Positions 1 to 9,882 of a stretch of 64,000 bases of DNA are shown piece after piece. Made by a program: the position numbers and the translations under genes. Origin of the DNA: Alphaproteobacteria bacterium bin98 (lineage in GTDB: Bacteria; Pseudomonadota; Alphaproteobacteria; Bin98); NCBI GenBank assembly GCA_002238905.1, contig MPNG01000001.1, positions 12,599 to 76,598 of the forward strand, given 5' to 3'. Every line of letters starts with the position of its first letter. The stretch's first letter is position 1. The notes below the pieces were generated by a model. That model had not been told where the DNA came from, did no database searches, and saw only the letters and a program-made list of their open reading frames with translations.

Positions 1-574
1 AATACTGATAGTATAACTCGGCGAATAAAGAATTATCATTATCACAGAATTCGTAGCATGAAGATAGAAGGTAATGGTAAGCTTTCATATATTTTACTTT
101 CCACTTTGAATGCTCCGCATTCCCGTTTGAATGAAGTTCCCACGAATATATTTCTTTCAAAAAACAAAAAGCTTGCATAAAAAGTGATGGATTAAGATGA
201 AAATCATCACTTAACATATTCTCAGCTTCCTTTTCTATTATTGCCTGATCTGCTGTAGGGTTTGTTTTTCTGTCGCATTGCGTAAGAATATCGAGTATTG
301 GTTCTGCAAATACTTGTAACTTCGAAGGATCTTTTATGTTCATAAATGGTTCCCTCTTCAACTGAGCTAGCAAAGCGTATCGGTGATCAAGGGCGATATC
401 AGCTTGAGCGCGTCGCCAACAAGAAACACGCACAGCTGTTGTTTTATGTGGCTTATCAGATAAGTAAGACTGTCTCGCGTCACTCGCCTCTTTAAGTAGC
501 GCATTATTCCAAAGGATATCAAAATCACTGCCATGCGCGTGCCAACAAATTAAGAATAATAGTAGTAAGTTCAT
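1..574 (-). CDS. secreted FC-family protein, C-terminus truncated by window edge
   Basis: ATG at 574..572 preceded by GAGG RBS. N-terminus MNLLLLFLICWHAHGS is the family signal peptide. C-terminal region reads YHYLLSSCYEFCDND. Open frame continues to position 1. Confidence 0.6.
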   Translation of the reverse strand, partial: MNLLLLFLICWHAHGSDFDILWNNALLKEASDARQSYLSDKPHKTTAVRVSCWRRAQADIALDHRYALLAQLKREPFMNIKDPSKLQVFAEPILDILTQCDRKTNPTADQAIIEKEAENMLSDDFHLNPSLFMQAFCFLKEIYSWELHSNGNAEHSKWKVKYMKAYHYLLSSCYEFCDNDNSLFAELYYQY

Positions 575-828
575 AGTTTCCTCTCTTGTTTGTAATTTAT
601 CATATCTGAATCATAAATGTAACATCATAGTTGTCTGAAAAAAGCAATTAAATACCTTTGGGGCATAATACTTCATAGAGCTACTGAGCAGTAATAATCG
701 TAGTAGACGAGAGTATATTGCATTAAATGCATCTTGATAGTCATGAATCAATATTTGCAAGACACAAGATTATGCAGGGGTGCTCTTGATCTTCAACAAT
801 AAATAGATAGTATGAATGAGAATGCCCT

Positions 829-1040
829 ATGATTATATTTACTCTCTGCATACGCATATAGCGCGCTAACACCAGAAGCAAGCGAAGTGCTCACTCCTTT
901 CAGAGGAGCATGGTCCTCCAGTTGCGCTCGATTGTTGATGATCAGTGAGGAGAATAGTGCCCTATCTGATTTAACACGCGAAACTTCTGTGTCCCATAAA
1001 TTAAAAATCCAAAATAGCAAAGCTGTTTTTTAGAATAAAT
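829..1040 (+). pseudogene. internally deleted remnant of an 11378..12193-like family gene (5-prime and 3-prime ends only)
   Basis: DNA matches the 5-prime 230 bp and last 30 bp plus downstream module of 11378..12193. The middle (about 570 bp) is missing between AACGCG short repeats. The frame stops after 10 codons. Confidence 0.55.
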
Positions 1041-1195
1041 ATCAGACAATTTCTGAATTGATATCAGGATTTTGTCAAAGATATACTGCTGTTTGCCCTC
1101 TATCGAATTTTCGCAGCTTGCAAGTTAAACAATAAAAAGCAAAAAATTGTACTGTGGCTCTAATGACGATCTACTCAATCCCATGGCACTCTAAG

Positions 1196-1774
1196 TCAAG
1201 TCTGATTTAGAGATTGGAGCTCTGAATGATAAATGATCTTCTTGGTTTCATCAAGAGCCGCCTGTAACTGATCCACTCCGTCCCAAAGCTCACTGTTCGC
1301 ACAAAAATCTTCTAAAGATGATAATACGTTTCGGTATGCCTTACGGTATCCATATCGTAGCAATAATTTATGTACTACATCTCTATCCTGAACTAAAGAG
1401 AACAAGCAGTGTGAATGGCATAATGCATCAAAATAAAACAAGAAGGTTTCTAAATTGGCCCCACCCTCTTTTTTATTCAGAATATATTCTTGATCTGCAA
1501 TTATCTGGATAGAAGTCAGGTGATGATGTTTCTCTAAGGTTTTTCCAATATCATCCTGTACTCCTCGCGCAAAGGTAGCTAATTCATCACACTTCATACT
1601 CGCATAATTACTATTCCTGAGGGTATCTAGCAGATTTTTTTTGTGCGTCTCCAACAATTCTTGATCGTTTTCCCAACCTTTCAGAGCAAAAGATGGGCTG
1701 GGGTAGTCCTCATAGATCTTTTCTGCGCCACAAGCCTGCAAACAGGTTAAAAATAATAATACTAATAACATCAA
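1196..1774 (-). CDS. secreted FC-family protein (paralog of 22496..23095)
   Basis: Signal peptide MMLLVLLFLTCLQACGA. Contains KHHHLTS and LSSLEDFCANSE. About 50% identical to 22496..23095, and the two share upstream DNA. Confidence 0.65.
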   Translation of the reverse strand: MMLLVLLFLTCLQACGAEKIYEDYPSPSFALKGWENDQELLETHKKNLLDTLRNSNYASMKCDELATFARGVQDDIGKTLEKHHHLTSIQIIADQEYILNKKEGGANLETFLFYFDALCHSHCLFSLVQDRDVVHKLLLRYGYRKAYRNVLSSLEDFCANSELWDGVDQLQAALDETKKIIYHSELQSLNQT

Positions 1775-2605
1775 TATATCCTCATACTTTTAAAGTATAC
1801 TGCAATACTGCATATTTTAGCAAAAATTGAATGCGTATCGATACGAAGCTGTTTTTGATTTTCAGAAAAAGTCTGTATAACAATAAGAGGCGTTGTTTAT
1901 TAATCATAATACTATTGCATAAAAGTGCGTGCTGTCCTCGCATATCATGCCACAACACAACAATTGGCACATCTTTATAAATATGATGAGGACTCACAAG
2001 AGCGATCAAATTTTTTTCCACACTTCACAAATACCTTCTTTCATCGCAACTGTTTATAGTGCTACTTGCAAGTATGCATGATGCATTAAACCAGGTTTTT
2101 GTGAGAATATTAACATTATCTAACCAGCCTGAGTGAAACTGAGAGCACAAAAAGCATGCATGCTGCACGTTTTGTATAGAGGTGTAGTTGCGTTAATTCT
2201 GGTATCTGTCAGATTTTTTATAGTAGCGCAAATCCTATACGCAGATTATGTATTTATAGCCGTTATGCAAATAATCCTTTATGTATGATGATGTATGATG
2301 CCAGCATCTAGCAACGTTGTGCTCTAAAAAATGACTGCTTATAATGAGTAGAAAGACAATAATCAACCCCTAAAGCATTATCTCCACGAAATAGTATAAA
2401 TCATCGCTTTAGGCATCTATAGTATCAAAATTAATCAGTAAAATACCCGACTTCCAACTAGCTTTTCAAAGATCAATCACTAAAAAGAGTGTTTTTCTGT
2501 TCTTATTTAGAGCTTTTTGCATTTCTTTCGACTTAATGCAGACAAGCAAAGGTCAGAAACAATCTTCTACACTCAAGTAGTAGAGCCTTATCATCATATA
2601 TTGTT

Positions 2606-3355
2606 TCAATCTATCTCCTCCATGTAATGAAATGTCAGAATAAATTTTCTCAAGCGTTCAGAAGCCCAAATTTGTCTCCCCATACAGAAGCCTTCTAAAG
2701 ATGATAATAAGTATAGACATGCAGCATTGTATTGTGTCTCTAATGCTATTCTGCGAGGAGATACTTGGTATTTACGAAATAATTGCTTATATTCTGAATC
2801 TCTTTCAAATTCAGAAAAAAGATAAAAGAAGAGTTCTAGATCAAGTTGTTGGGCAAATCGCAGCTGTATGAAAGTCTTAAGATCATCTGGCTCAATCAAA
2901 GGGTTGCGTGAGGATATTCTTGTAGCAGTAAGAGCTAGTATCTTTTCAGAAGTCAGTTGATGATGTTCGGTCAAAGACTGTTCCATAACAGCCTTTACTT
3001 GTTTTGAAAAATTATGTAACAAGGTAAATCGCAAAGAAGAATAATGTTCCCGCGACAAGGCGTTTTGTAAGGTGGATGCCAAAATTTCTTTTTGTGTCTC
3101 TAATAACTTTTGATCTCCCCACTCTTTTAGCGATGGGTCAGCATGCCTGCGACGCAAACACTTAGATAGTCGAGAAATAGAATTAGAAAAACAGTGCAGT
3201 AGTGTGCCCCAACAGCTATTATCACTCCAGTTATTATAACTTATGCAGAGTGTCTGTATGGGGGGGGATTTTTTGTCCTTACACCGATCATCGGCGTTTT
3301 CTAAAGCTCCATGGAGATGAAAGCAGAGCAAAAATAATAATATATATGTCATCAA
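2606..3355 (-). CDS. secreted FC-family protein, subfamily A (HHxLTSxxILxLTAT)
   Basis: Signal peptide MMTYILLFLLCFHLHGA. Motifs HHQLTSEKILALTATRI, LDLELFFYLFSEFER and LLSSLEGFC. Paralog of 13441..14433. Confidence 0.65.
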   Translation of the reverse strand: MMTYILLFLLCFHLHGALENADDRCKDKKSPPIQTLCISYNNWSDNSCWGTLLHCFSNSISRLSKCLRRRHADPSLKEWGDQKLLETQKEILASTLQNALSREHYSSLRFTLLHNFSKQVKAVMEQSLTEHHQLTSEKILALTATRISSRNPLIEPDDLKTFIQLRFAQQLDLELFFYLFSEFERDSEYKQLFRKYQVSPRRIALETQYNAACLYLLSSLEGFCMGRQIWASERLRKFILTFHYMEEID

Positions 3356-3530
3356 TACACCTTATTTGTCAATACTAGATTACACGAGAATGAAATTAAA
3401 ACAAAGATCTCACTTACTCGCACTAAACAAAATCAATGCACCAAATGCTTTTTAAAAAGTTGATGTTTTTAGCAAAACAATCATTATTTAAAGCAATGAA
3501 GATAAATGTGAAGGTGAGACATTCAGAGGT

Positions 3531-3566
3531 GCCCCCTTAACCACTCACCTCTGAATATTCTTGCAA
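3531..3566 (-). terminator. 11-bp-stem hairpin downstream of 3596 gene; possible intrinsic terminator
   Basis: attcagaggtg / cacctctgaat perfect inverted repeat with a 14-nt loop, 30 nt past the stop of the minus-strand gene. An identical copy lies at 4617..4652. Confidence 0.35.
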
Positions 3567-3595
3567 ACTGTCGTAAAGCCTCTCCAATTTTGAAC

Positions 3596-4201
3596 TCAAT
3601 CCTTTTCTGTGAGACCGGTTAGGGAACGCCAGGCTTTATAACAAGCAATAGCTTCCTTCTGGCGCTCACAGAAATGCAAACAAGATAATAGAAGAGACTT
3701 ATAAGCTTTTACATATTTTGCCAACACAAGATCTGGATTATCCTGATTACAGCCATCGGTTACAGTAAGCATACAGCTTTGTCCAGTATAAGACAGAGCA
3801 TGCATGAAGGTTTCTGGAGTAAGATGGAAGCAAGGACTTAGCATATTGCTAGCTTGCTCTTTCATTTTGTCCTCACTTATGTCAGGATGTTTTTCGGTGA
3901 AATACTCTAAAAGTATATCCCGCAGTCCGTCTGCAAAAGCTTTTACTTCCTTAATGTTTTCCATTTGACAAATTGCTTGCGTCCGCAAGTGATCCGACAC
4001 ACGTTTTCTCCAAGGATTTTTGAAAGCAGTTTGACCTACGTCCCACCAAGAACACTGTAGAGTTAGTTCTAGAGGTGACATCGCACGCAGTTGATCTATT
4101 CTTGTGATCATATATTGTTCTAACGGACTATATTCACTCACACCCTCATCAGCTCCAGACACGTGCAAACAAATCAAAAATAATAGTGGTATGAATTTCA
4201 T
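3596..4201 (-). CDS. secreted FC-family protein, subfamily B (tandem paralog of 4689..5288)
   Basis: ORF runs to 4234, but the family signal peptide starts at MKFIPLLFLICLHVSGA (4201). GAGGA RBS upstream. Motifs KHPDIS and LLLSCLHFC. Confidence 0.65.
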   Translation of the reverse strand: MKFIPLLFLICLHVSGADEGVSEYSPLEQYMITRIDQLRAMSPLELTLQCSWWDVGQTAFKNPWRKRVSDHLRTQAICQMENIKEVKAFADGLRDILLEYFTEKHPDISEDKMKEQASNMLSPCFHLTPETFMHALSYTGQSCMLTVTDGCNQDNPDLVLAKYVKAYKSLLLSCLHFCERQKEAIACYKAWRSLTGLTEKD

Positions 4202-4247
4202 AGTTTTTTCCTCATAGTCAATATAAATATGCATTGTATATCGTATA

Positions 4248-4451
4248 TCATTTCAGCCGTGAAAGCAAATTTAAAACTATAATATTGCATTTCATGAATA
4301 TCTCCAATCTAGCGGAGTGCGTATAAAATGCTATAAATTTAGTGCGCCAAGATCCCACTTGTTTTACCAAAATCATGCACCTATCATCGGTGTTTTCTAA
4401 AGCTCGATGGAGATGAAAAAAGAGCAAAGATGATAATATATATGTCATCAA
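4248..4451 (-). pseudogene. truncated N-terminal duplicate of subfamily A gene (copy of 2606..3355 start)
   Basis: The first 25 codons and upstream DNA are near-identical to 2606..3355, followed by a deletion and divergence. Part of the 1.1-kb tandem duplication unit. Confidence 0.5.
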
Positions 4452-4616
4452 TACACCTTGTTTGTCGATACTATATTACACGCAAATGAAATTAAAACAA
4501 GGATCTCACTTACTCGCACTAAACAAAATCAATGCACCAAATGCTTTTTAAAAAGTTGATGTTTTTAGCAAAACAATCATTATTTAAAGCAATGAAGATA
4601 AATGGGAAGGTGAGAC

Positions 4617-4652
4617 ATTCAGAGGTGCCCCCTTAACCACTCACCTCTGAAT
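4617..4652 (-). terminator. duplicate copy of hairpin 3531..3566
   Basis: Identical inverted repeat within the duplicated intergenic segment. Confidence 0.3.
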
Positions 4653-4688
4653 ATTCTTGCAAACTGTCGTGCCTCTCCAATTTTGAAA

Positions 4689-5288
4689 TCAATCCTTTTC
4701 TGTGGGAACGATTAGGCGATGCCAGGTTTGATAATAAGAAATAGCTACCTTATTACCATCACAGAAATTTAAACAAGATAGTAGAAGATTCTTATAAGCT
4801 TGTACATATTTTGCGTTCACAGCATCTGGATTCCCCTGATTACGGATATCGCTTATATCCAGCAGATATCTTTCTTCAGAAAAACACAAAGCTTGCATGA
4901 AGATTTCTGGACTAAGATGGAAGCGAGGACTTAGCATATTGATCGCTTGCTCTTTCACTCTGGAATAACTTATGTCAGGATGCTTTTCTGTCTGATACTC
5001 TAAAAGTATCGTCAGCAATGGGTCTGCAAAACCTTTTAATTCCTTAATGTTTTCCATTTGACTAATTGCTTGCGTCTGCAAGTGATCCGACACACGTTTT
5101 CTCCAGGGATTTTTGAAATTAGCTTGATTTAGTCTCCAACAAGAACACTGTAGAGCTTGTTCTAGAGGTGGTAGCTGACGCACTGCATCTAATCTTAGGC
5201 ATAATTCTTTTAACGCACTCTGACAACACGCATCCTCATCAGATCCATACACGTGCAAACAAAGGAAAAATAGTAGTATGAATTTCAT
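4689..5288 (-). CDS. secreted FC-family protein, subfamily B
   Basis: Signal peptide MKFILLFFLCLHVYGS. Motifs KHPDIS and LLLSCLNFC. About 60% identical to 3596..4201. Confidence 0.65.
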   Translation of the reverse strand: MKFILLFFLCLHVYGSDEDACCQSALKELCLRLDAVRQLPPLEQALQCSCWRLNQANFKNPWRKRVSDHLQTQAISQMENIKELKGFADPLLTILLEYQTEKHPDISYSRVKEQAINMLSPRFHLSPEIFMQALCFSEERYLLDISDIRNQGNPDAVNAKYVQAYKNLLLSCLNFCDGNKVAISYYQTWHRLIVPTEKD

Positions 5289-5690
5289 AGTTTTTATCCA
5301 TAATCAATATACAAGTGAGTACTTAGGATCATTATATATCATTTATTTGTTTCAACAATGATTGAGATTGCATGAATTTGACACAATACAGAAAAATCTT
5401 TCAATTTCTATGTACCAAATGGTTTTTAAGAGGAAGGTAGAGCACGAAAAAGCATGGTTCTGTATGGATAGATTTGGCTTAATAGAATATCAACTTATTG
5501 CCCAACTGCTTTAAGCAATAAAGGTTACTCTCTTTGTATTTTCAAATCAACTGAATCAAGATAAACGTCGACGATCAGTAGTCTTTTGAGCAAGTGGATC
5601 AATTTTTGCAGGTTTTGCCTCAATCCAGATTATTTCTCTTGGATACCCAAGGAATATTCTATCAAGTGAAAAAAAATCAAAAGTGTCTCT

Positions 5691-6398
5691 CTACGAATGA
5701 GCTCTCTTAACACGCTTTGCTACCGATCTTTCAACGTTAACTTCAATAATGTCAAGGATCTCTTCCTGCCATAAAGAATAGTGTACATCAGATCGTACTA
5801 AGAAGTTGTCACAAAAACCATCGAAAGAGCTTAGGAGGTGATAATACATTCTTTGACATTTTTGATCATCACTTGAAACATCAGATGCTGAGAATGCATA
5901 TTCTCGTTCCAATAAAGCAAAAGAATGATAGTAAAGCGTTAGATCAAGATGGAAGTTTTTCTTTTCCATCTCAGGCACCTGCTTTGCCACCAACCCATCA
6001 GATATGATGGGATGCTTTTTTGTATAAACTTTCACAAGAACCTTGAGTACTAATTGTGCGATAGGCTTGAGTTCAAATAGTTTTGACGCCTCAGACAAAT
6101 TTATTTTCTTCATAATATTTTGAAACGCTGTTCTGAGTGTCGTATCCAAACAGCCTTCAGAGTAGAATGGCTCCAGAGGAGCATCACACACCATTCTGAT
6201 TCTTTCATCCAAAGAGTTTTGAGCTACATCCCACAAAGTGGCCTGCGTAGCTTTTTCCCCAAATGTCAGGGATGCACAACAGAAAGAAAGTCTTTTCTTT
6301 TTTGCCTCTTCTATAGCTATAGCAGAAAGGCACTCTGCGCTATAGCTAGCCTGTAAACAAGTTAAGGTTGAAAATAATAATATTAATCGCAATTTCAT
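5691..6398 (-). CDS. secreted FC-family protein, subfamily C (paralog of 27992..28684)
   Basis: Signal peptide MKLRLILLFSTLTCLQAS. Motifs KKHPIIS and LLSSFDGFC. Upstream DNA is also shared with the 27992 copy. Confidence 0.65.
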   Translation of the reverse strand: MKLRLILLFSTLTCLQASYSAECLSAIAIEEAKKKRLSFCCASLTFGEKATQATLWDVAQNSLDERIRMVCDAPLEPFYSEGCLDTTLRTAFQNIMKKINLSEASKLFELKPIAQLVLKVLVKVYTKKHPIISDGLVAKQVPEMEKKNFHLDLTLYYHSFALLEREYAFSASDVSSDDQKCQRMYYHLLSSFDGFCDNFLVRSDVHYSLWQEEILDIIEVNVERSVAKRVKRAHS

Positions 6399-6479
6399 AC
6401 ACTTATTATTTATTTTTTTTTTTTTGATGTCAATTCATAGACTCGTATTTTGCAAGCGATCATCATCCCAATAGAGCAG

Positions 6480-6760
6480 TGTAGATAAAACATTGCAGAA
6501 TTCCGGCAATCACCAGCACTCTTAAAAGACTCACAACTCAAAGAAGAGAGTTGGCATACAACGCAAGCACATATTGCTCAAAGCGTTGCGGTGGCAAAGA
6601 CATCCAAAGGACTAGCTGCTTTTGCTGGTTGAAGTTTGTTTTTTTCAGCAATTCTTTTTACGCTTTGACCTAAAAAAAGAATGGCGACAAGGATTTTTAG
6701 GGGAAGGTAGTGAATCTAGCGTTCAAATATTTAGATTTTTTCACTACCTTACACACATAG
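6480..6760 (+). pseudogene. mosaic of gene fragments
   Basis: 6521..6585 matches codons of 14690-type genes (14851..14915). 6579..6700 is about 95% identical to 32470..32590, the antisense 3-prime end of the NhaC-like gene. 6705..6755 matches 19045..19110. No open frame. Confidence 0.5.
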
Positions 6761-6840
6761 GATTGCAAGATTAAGCAAAAAACTCTAGAACAATTAAGTA
6801 TTGATCTGACATACACATAATTTTACAAAAAACAATCATT

Positions 6841-7407
6841 ATGATACAATTTTGTAATATGTTAATATTATTATTTTTCACTTGTTTACACACTTATGGA
6901 TCTTATGCTCCAGTGGCCACTGAAAAGCATCTTTGGCAACACAGTCAGGAAATATTTAAGCCGTATCGTGATGCCACTCTAGCGGCACTCCAACGCTCTC
7001 CATATACTTTGCGCACCTTAGAGTTAGTAGAAATGGAGTTTGGGGATGCCTATCCAAAATTTATGCTTAACGGTTGGAATATGACTGCATTTTCAAAGGA
7101 AGCTTTTGCTCATCAAGGCGTGTATCCCCAATTAAGATATATTCAAGATAATCCAGAAGATCCAAATTTTAATCTTGATATCCCTACCCTCTCTAAGGCT
7201 TTGACGATGGCCTCTGAGCATAACTCACTCCTTCAACTTCCACACTACACCCCCTTATTAGAAGTCGCTCTGCATGGACAGTATAGCCTCTTGTTATCTT
7301 GCAAAGCTTTCTGTGAAAACCGTCCAGGGGAGGCTTTCTCAGAGTATGAGAAATATTGGCACAATACTGCTTATACAAGCGTTTCAAAAAAAAAGAAATC
7401 GTCCTAG
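6841..7407 (+). CDS. secreted FC-family protein, subfamily D (paralog of 19192..19725)
   Basis: Signal peptide MLILLFFTCLHTYGS. Motif LLLSCKAFCEN. A degraded third copy lies at 17398..17890. Confidence 0.65.
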   Translation: MIQFCNMLILLFFTCLHTYGSYAPVATEKHLWQHSQEIFKPYRDATLAALQRSPYTLRTLELVEMEFGDAYPKFMLNGWNMTAFSKEAFAHQGVYPQLRYIQDNPEDPNFNLDIPTLSKALTMASEHNSLLQLPHYTPLLEVALHGQYSLLLSCKAFCENRPGEAFSEYEKYWHNTAYTSVSKKKKSS

Positions 7408-7584
7408 AAAATATTGAGGAGACGAAAAAGTCGCCAGAATCATCAAGAGTAGCGTTGGCAGAAGACTTAAAAAAGATTTCAACATCACTTTTTTCTCTTT
7501 TTGCAGAATCCCATCCCTCTTACAATGATCGCTTACGTCTTTCAGCGCTTTTCGCATATCTTCATATAAATAAGAAACACTGGA

Positions 7585-9765
7585 CTAGGCATGCAGTCGC
7601 GGCTCAATTTCCATTGCTTTGCGCCTCACTTCTTCTATTGCTTTGCGCCTCACTTCTCCTATTGATTGGCGCCTTTCGCGCCTCACTCCCCTTTCTTTTT
7701 GAATCATTTCTTCCATTTCTTTTTGAATTATTTTTTCCATTGCTTTAGCTCGAACGACTCTTATTTCTTTCATTTCTTTTTTCATATCTCGAGCAAGAAG
7801 AAACAGTGGACGGTTCTCCACAAAGGGTAAGAAATGGTCTATGTCTTCACCTCTTATATTTCTTAAAGTTTTTTTAGATTTACATAAATTGAGTATATAA
7901 TTATGGCTACGATTTGCATCTGTAAGAATCTCTCTCACAGTTTTTGCCCTGACCTCTTTTGCAGGCCACCTGACCTTGGGGGTGAAATCAGCTACAGGTA
8001 GTGCAAAAAGGTCTTGAAAGTCCAAAAATAATAGATAACCTTTTCTTAATATTGAATTTCTATAGTGTGAGTGTTCTGGACACGCCAAGGCACGCTCCAC
8101 AAGAGGCCTCGCTCTTTTTCTAAAAGGTTCTATTCTTTCCTCCATTTCTGAAGAAACGGAAGATGGTAAACACATTATGCGAGTCAAACTATCAATATCC
8201 AAACAAGGGTCCAAAAACGCTAGCGGTATTCCAGACATGATACACACGGCCTCTGCCTCATAATCCTGCTCATCAATGTACAACTTAAACATCTGTTTTT
8301 CAGAAATAGCGTCTGTATTATACAGAACACGGATACTCCTTAATTTTTCTTTTAAATTTTCCCCACTCCATTCATCACAGCAAAGACCAGAATGCATATC
8401 ATATAAGATTTTTGCATAAACAACTAATTGCATATTTAAAGCTTTATTCTCCCCTTCCCCTTGCATTAATGAGATACATTCTTTTTCCAAAACAGCCGAA
8501 GAAGGCAATCCTTGAGCCCTTTGTTTTCTTTGATTATAAGTATATACCATGATACCTAGAAGATCCTTTCTTGTTGAAAGTTTTTTCATACAGTCTTTTT
8601 GGAGCGGCCAATCCACAAAATTTAATGGAGAGAGTTTACCTTCATATTCTTTTATAAATAGATCCTTTACACGGAGCTTTATTTTTGCAAGAGCATCTTG
8701 CACATTTGGATCTTCTTCACATTTTCTCAAGTATGCAAAACCTCTCTTCTGGATGTCTGCCCCTTCTCTGAGAAACAATTCATAATTTGTATCTATGCAG
8801 CGATCTTTAGAAAATGATATTTTAGCTGCCATCGAACACACAACACTTGCATCTATAAAACCATCCACAGGAACCTTGAGGTGTAAGTGTTCGAGCGGAT
8901 GATCCATAAAACCTTCCATACATTCACTAACATAGTGCAAACCCTGTTCATGCAACATCCAAAAAAGAATATCTTTAATATGTTCAAAACAACCTCCATC
9001 TTTTTTCAGCCTTAAAGCTTCATTCCATAGTGGTCGAAATTCCTCCAAAGCTATAGCAAAAAATTTTGCAAAAGGCCCTTTTGTTATAGCATCTTGCTCC
9101 AACTGATGCAGAGCCATATCATGATGCAGAATCACAGATCCAAGGCCTTCATAAGCATCATGTACTACCACAGGAGTATTCAAATCTTTTGGTACACTCA
9201 AAAGATATTTATATTTATCGCAAAGCATTAATGTCAGAAAATCTTCCTCCGAGAATCCACCATTCTCAGTCATAACAAACACAAACTCTCTTTCTGCGAC
9301 TCTCCTCAAGCCTTCTAACTCTGCTTCATCTACAATAATTCTCAGCGCCATACAGTCACGGTAGTGTAAAGAAAGTGTAAACCTCAAAAAATCTTTAGGT
9401 ATTTTCCGCAATGATCGAGTGAAAAGTTCTTGTATACTAGCGTGGTAAACGCTACCTAATCCACAGTTCAATTCAAATGCATAGGGACTCTTCTTATATA
9501 AATCAGATTCAAGCATATCCGCTATTTTTGACATAGGGATGAATCTTTTTTCCAGTTCATTCATCGCTTCCACAAGGAAAGGTAATTTTTTCCTCTGAGC
9601 TACACTCCATTGTGGCCAGATAGCCTCACAGGATGATTCTTGGCTTGAAATTGCGCCATGCGCGCAGCAAAAAGTAAATAATAATATAAGTATCATATTC
9701 TTGTTGAAGAGTAGCATATTTGCATTACAAATGAAAATCCCAGTGTCTGCAATTATTGAGAACAA
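7585..9765 (-). CDS. large secreted protein with family-type signal peptide and repetitive basic/acidic C-terminal tail
   Basis: 726-aa ORF. A family-type signal peptide MILILLFTFCCAHGA sits 23 codons in, so the likely start is 9696. Duplicated GLGSV segments. C-terminal EVRRKA/EMEEMIQKE repeats are encoded by DNA tandem repeats at 7600..7750. Confidence 0.6.
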   Translation of the reverse strand: MFSIIADTGIFICNANMLLFNKNMILILLFTFCCAHGAISSQESSCEAIWPQWSVAQRKKLPFLVEAMNELEKRFIPMSKIADMLESDLYKKSPYAFELNCGLGSVYHASIQELFTRSLRKIPKDFLRFTLSLHYRDCMALRIIVDEAELEGLRRVAEREFVFVMTENGGFSEEDFLTLMLCDKYKYLLSVPKDLNTPVVVHDAYEGLGSVILHHDMALHQLEQDAITKGPFAKFFAIALEEFRPLWNEALRLKKDGGCFEHIKDILFWMLHEQGLHYVSECMEGFMDHPLEHLHLKVPVDGFIDASVVCSMAAKISFSKDRCIDTNYELFLREGADIQKRGFAYLRKCEEDPNVQDALAKIKLRVKDLFIKEYEGKLSPLNFVDWPLQKDCMKKLSTRKDLLGIMVYTYNQRKQRAQGLPSSAVLEKECISLMQGEGENKALNMQLVVYAKILYDMHSGLCCDEWSGENLKEKLRSIRVLYNTDAISEKQMFKLYIDEQDYEAEAVCIMSGIPLAFLDPCLDIDSLTRIMCLPSSVSSEMEERIEPFRKRARPLVERALACPEHSHYRNSILRKGYLLFLDFQDLFALPVADFTPKVRWPAKEVRAKTVREILTDANRSHNYILNLCKSKKTLRNIRGEDIDHFLPFVENRPLFLLARDMKKEMKEIRVVRAKAMEKIIQKEMEEMIQKERGVRRERRQSIGEVRRKAIEEVRRKAMEIEPRLHA

Positions 9766-9882
9766 ACAAGAGCTATTAAATGGATTTTTTGGATTAGTCT
9801 TCGTTTTTATTCAGCATGAAGTCAACATGCTTAAATGCAGGATCTACTCGGCAGAATGATACTGCAAGCGGAATAGTGTAAG

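Noticed and set aside
793-1020. 75-aa minus-strand ORF
   Set aside because: Antisense to the ends-only pseudogene remnant 829..1040. No signal peptide or family motif. Likely spurious.
1782-2021. 79-aa minus ORF in the 1.8..2.6 kb intergenic region
   Set aside because: No family signature and AT-rich low complexity. The region instead carries the conserved 65-bp downstream motif.
7356-7748. 130-aa plus ORF with LLLLCASLLLL repeats
   Set aside because: Reverse complement of the repetitive C-terminal coding region of 7585..9765. Its low-complexity product is not credible.
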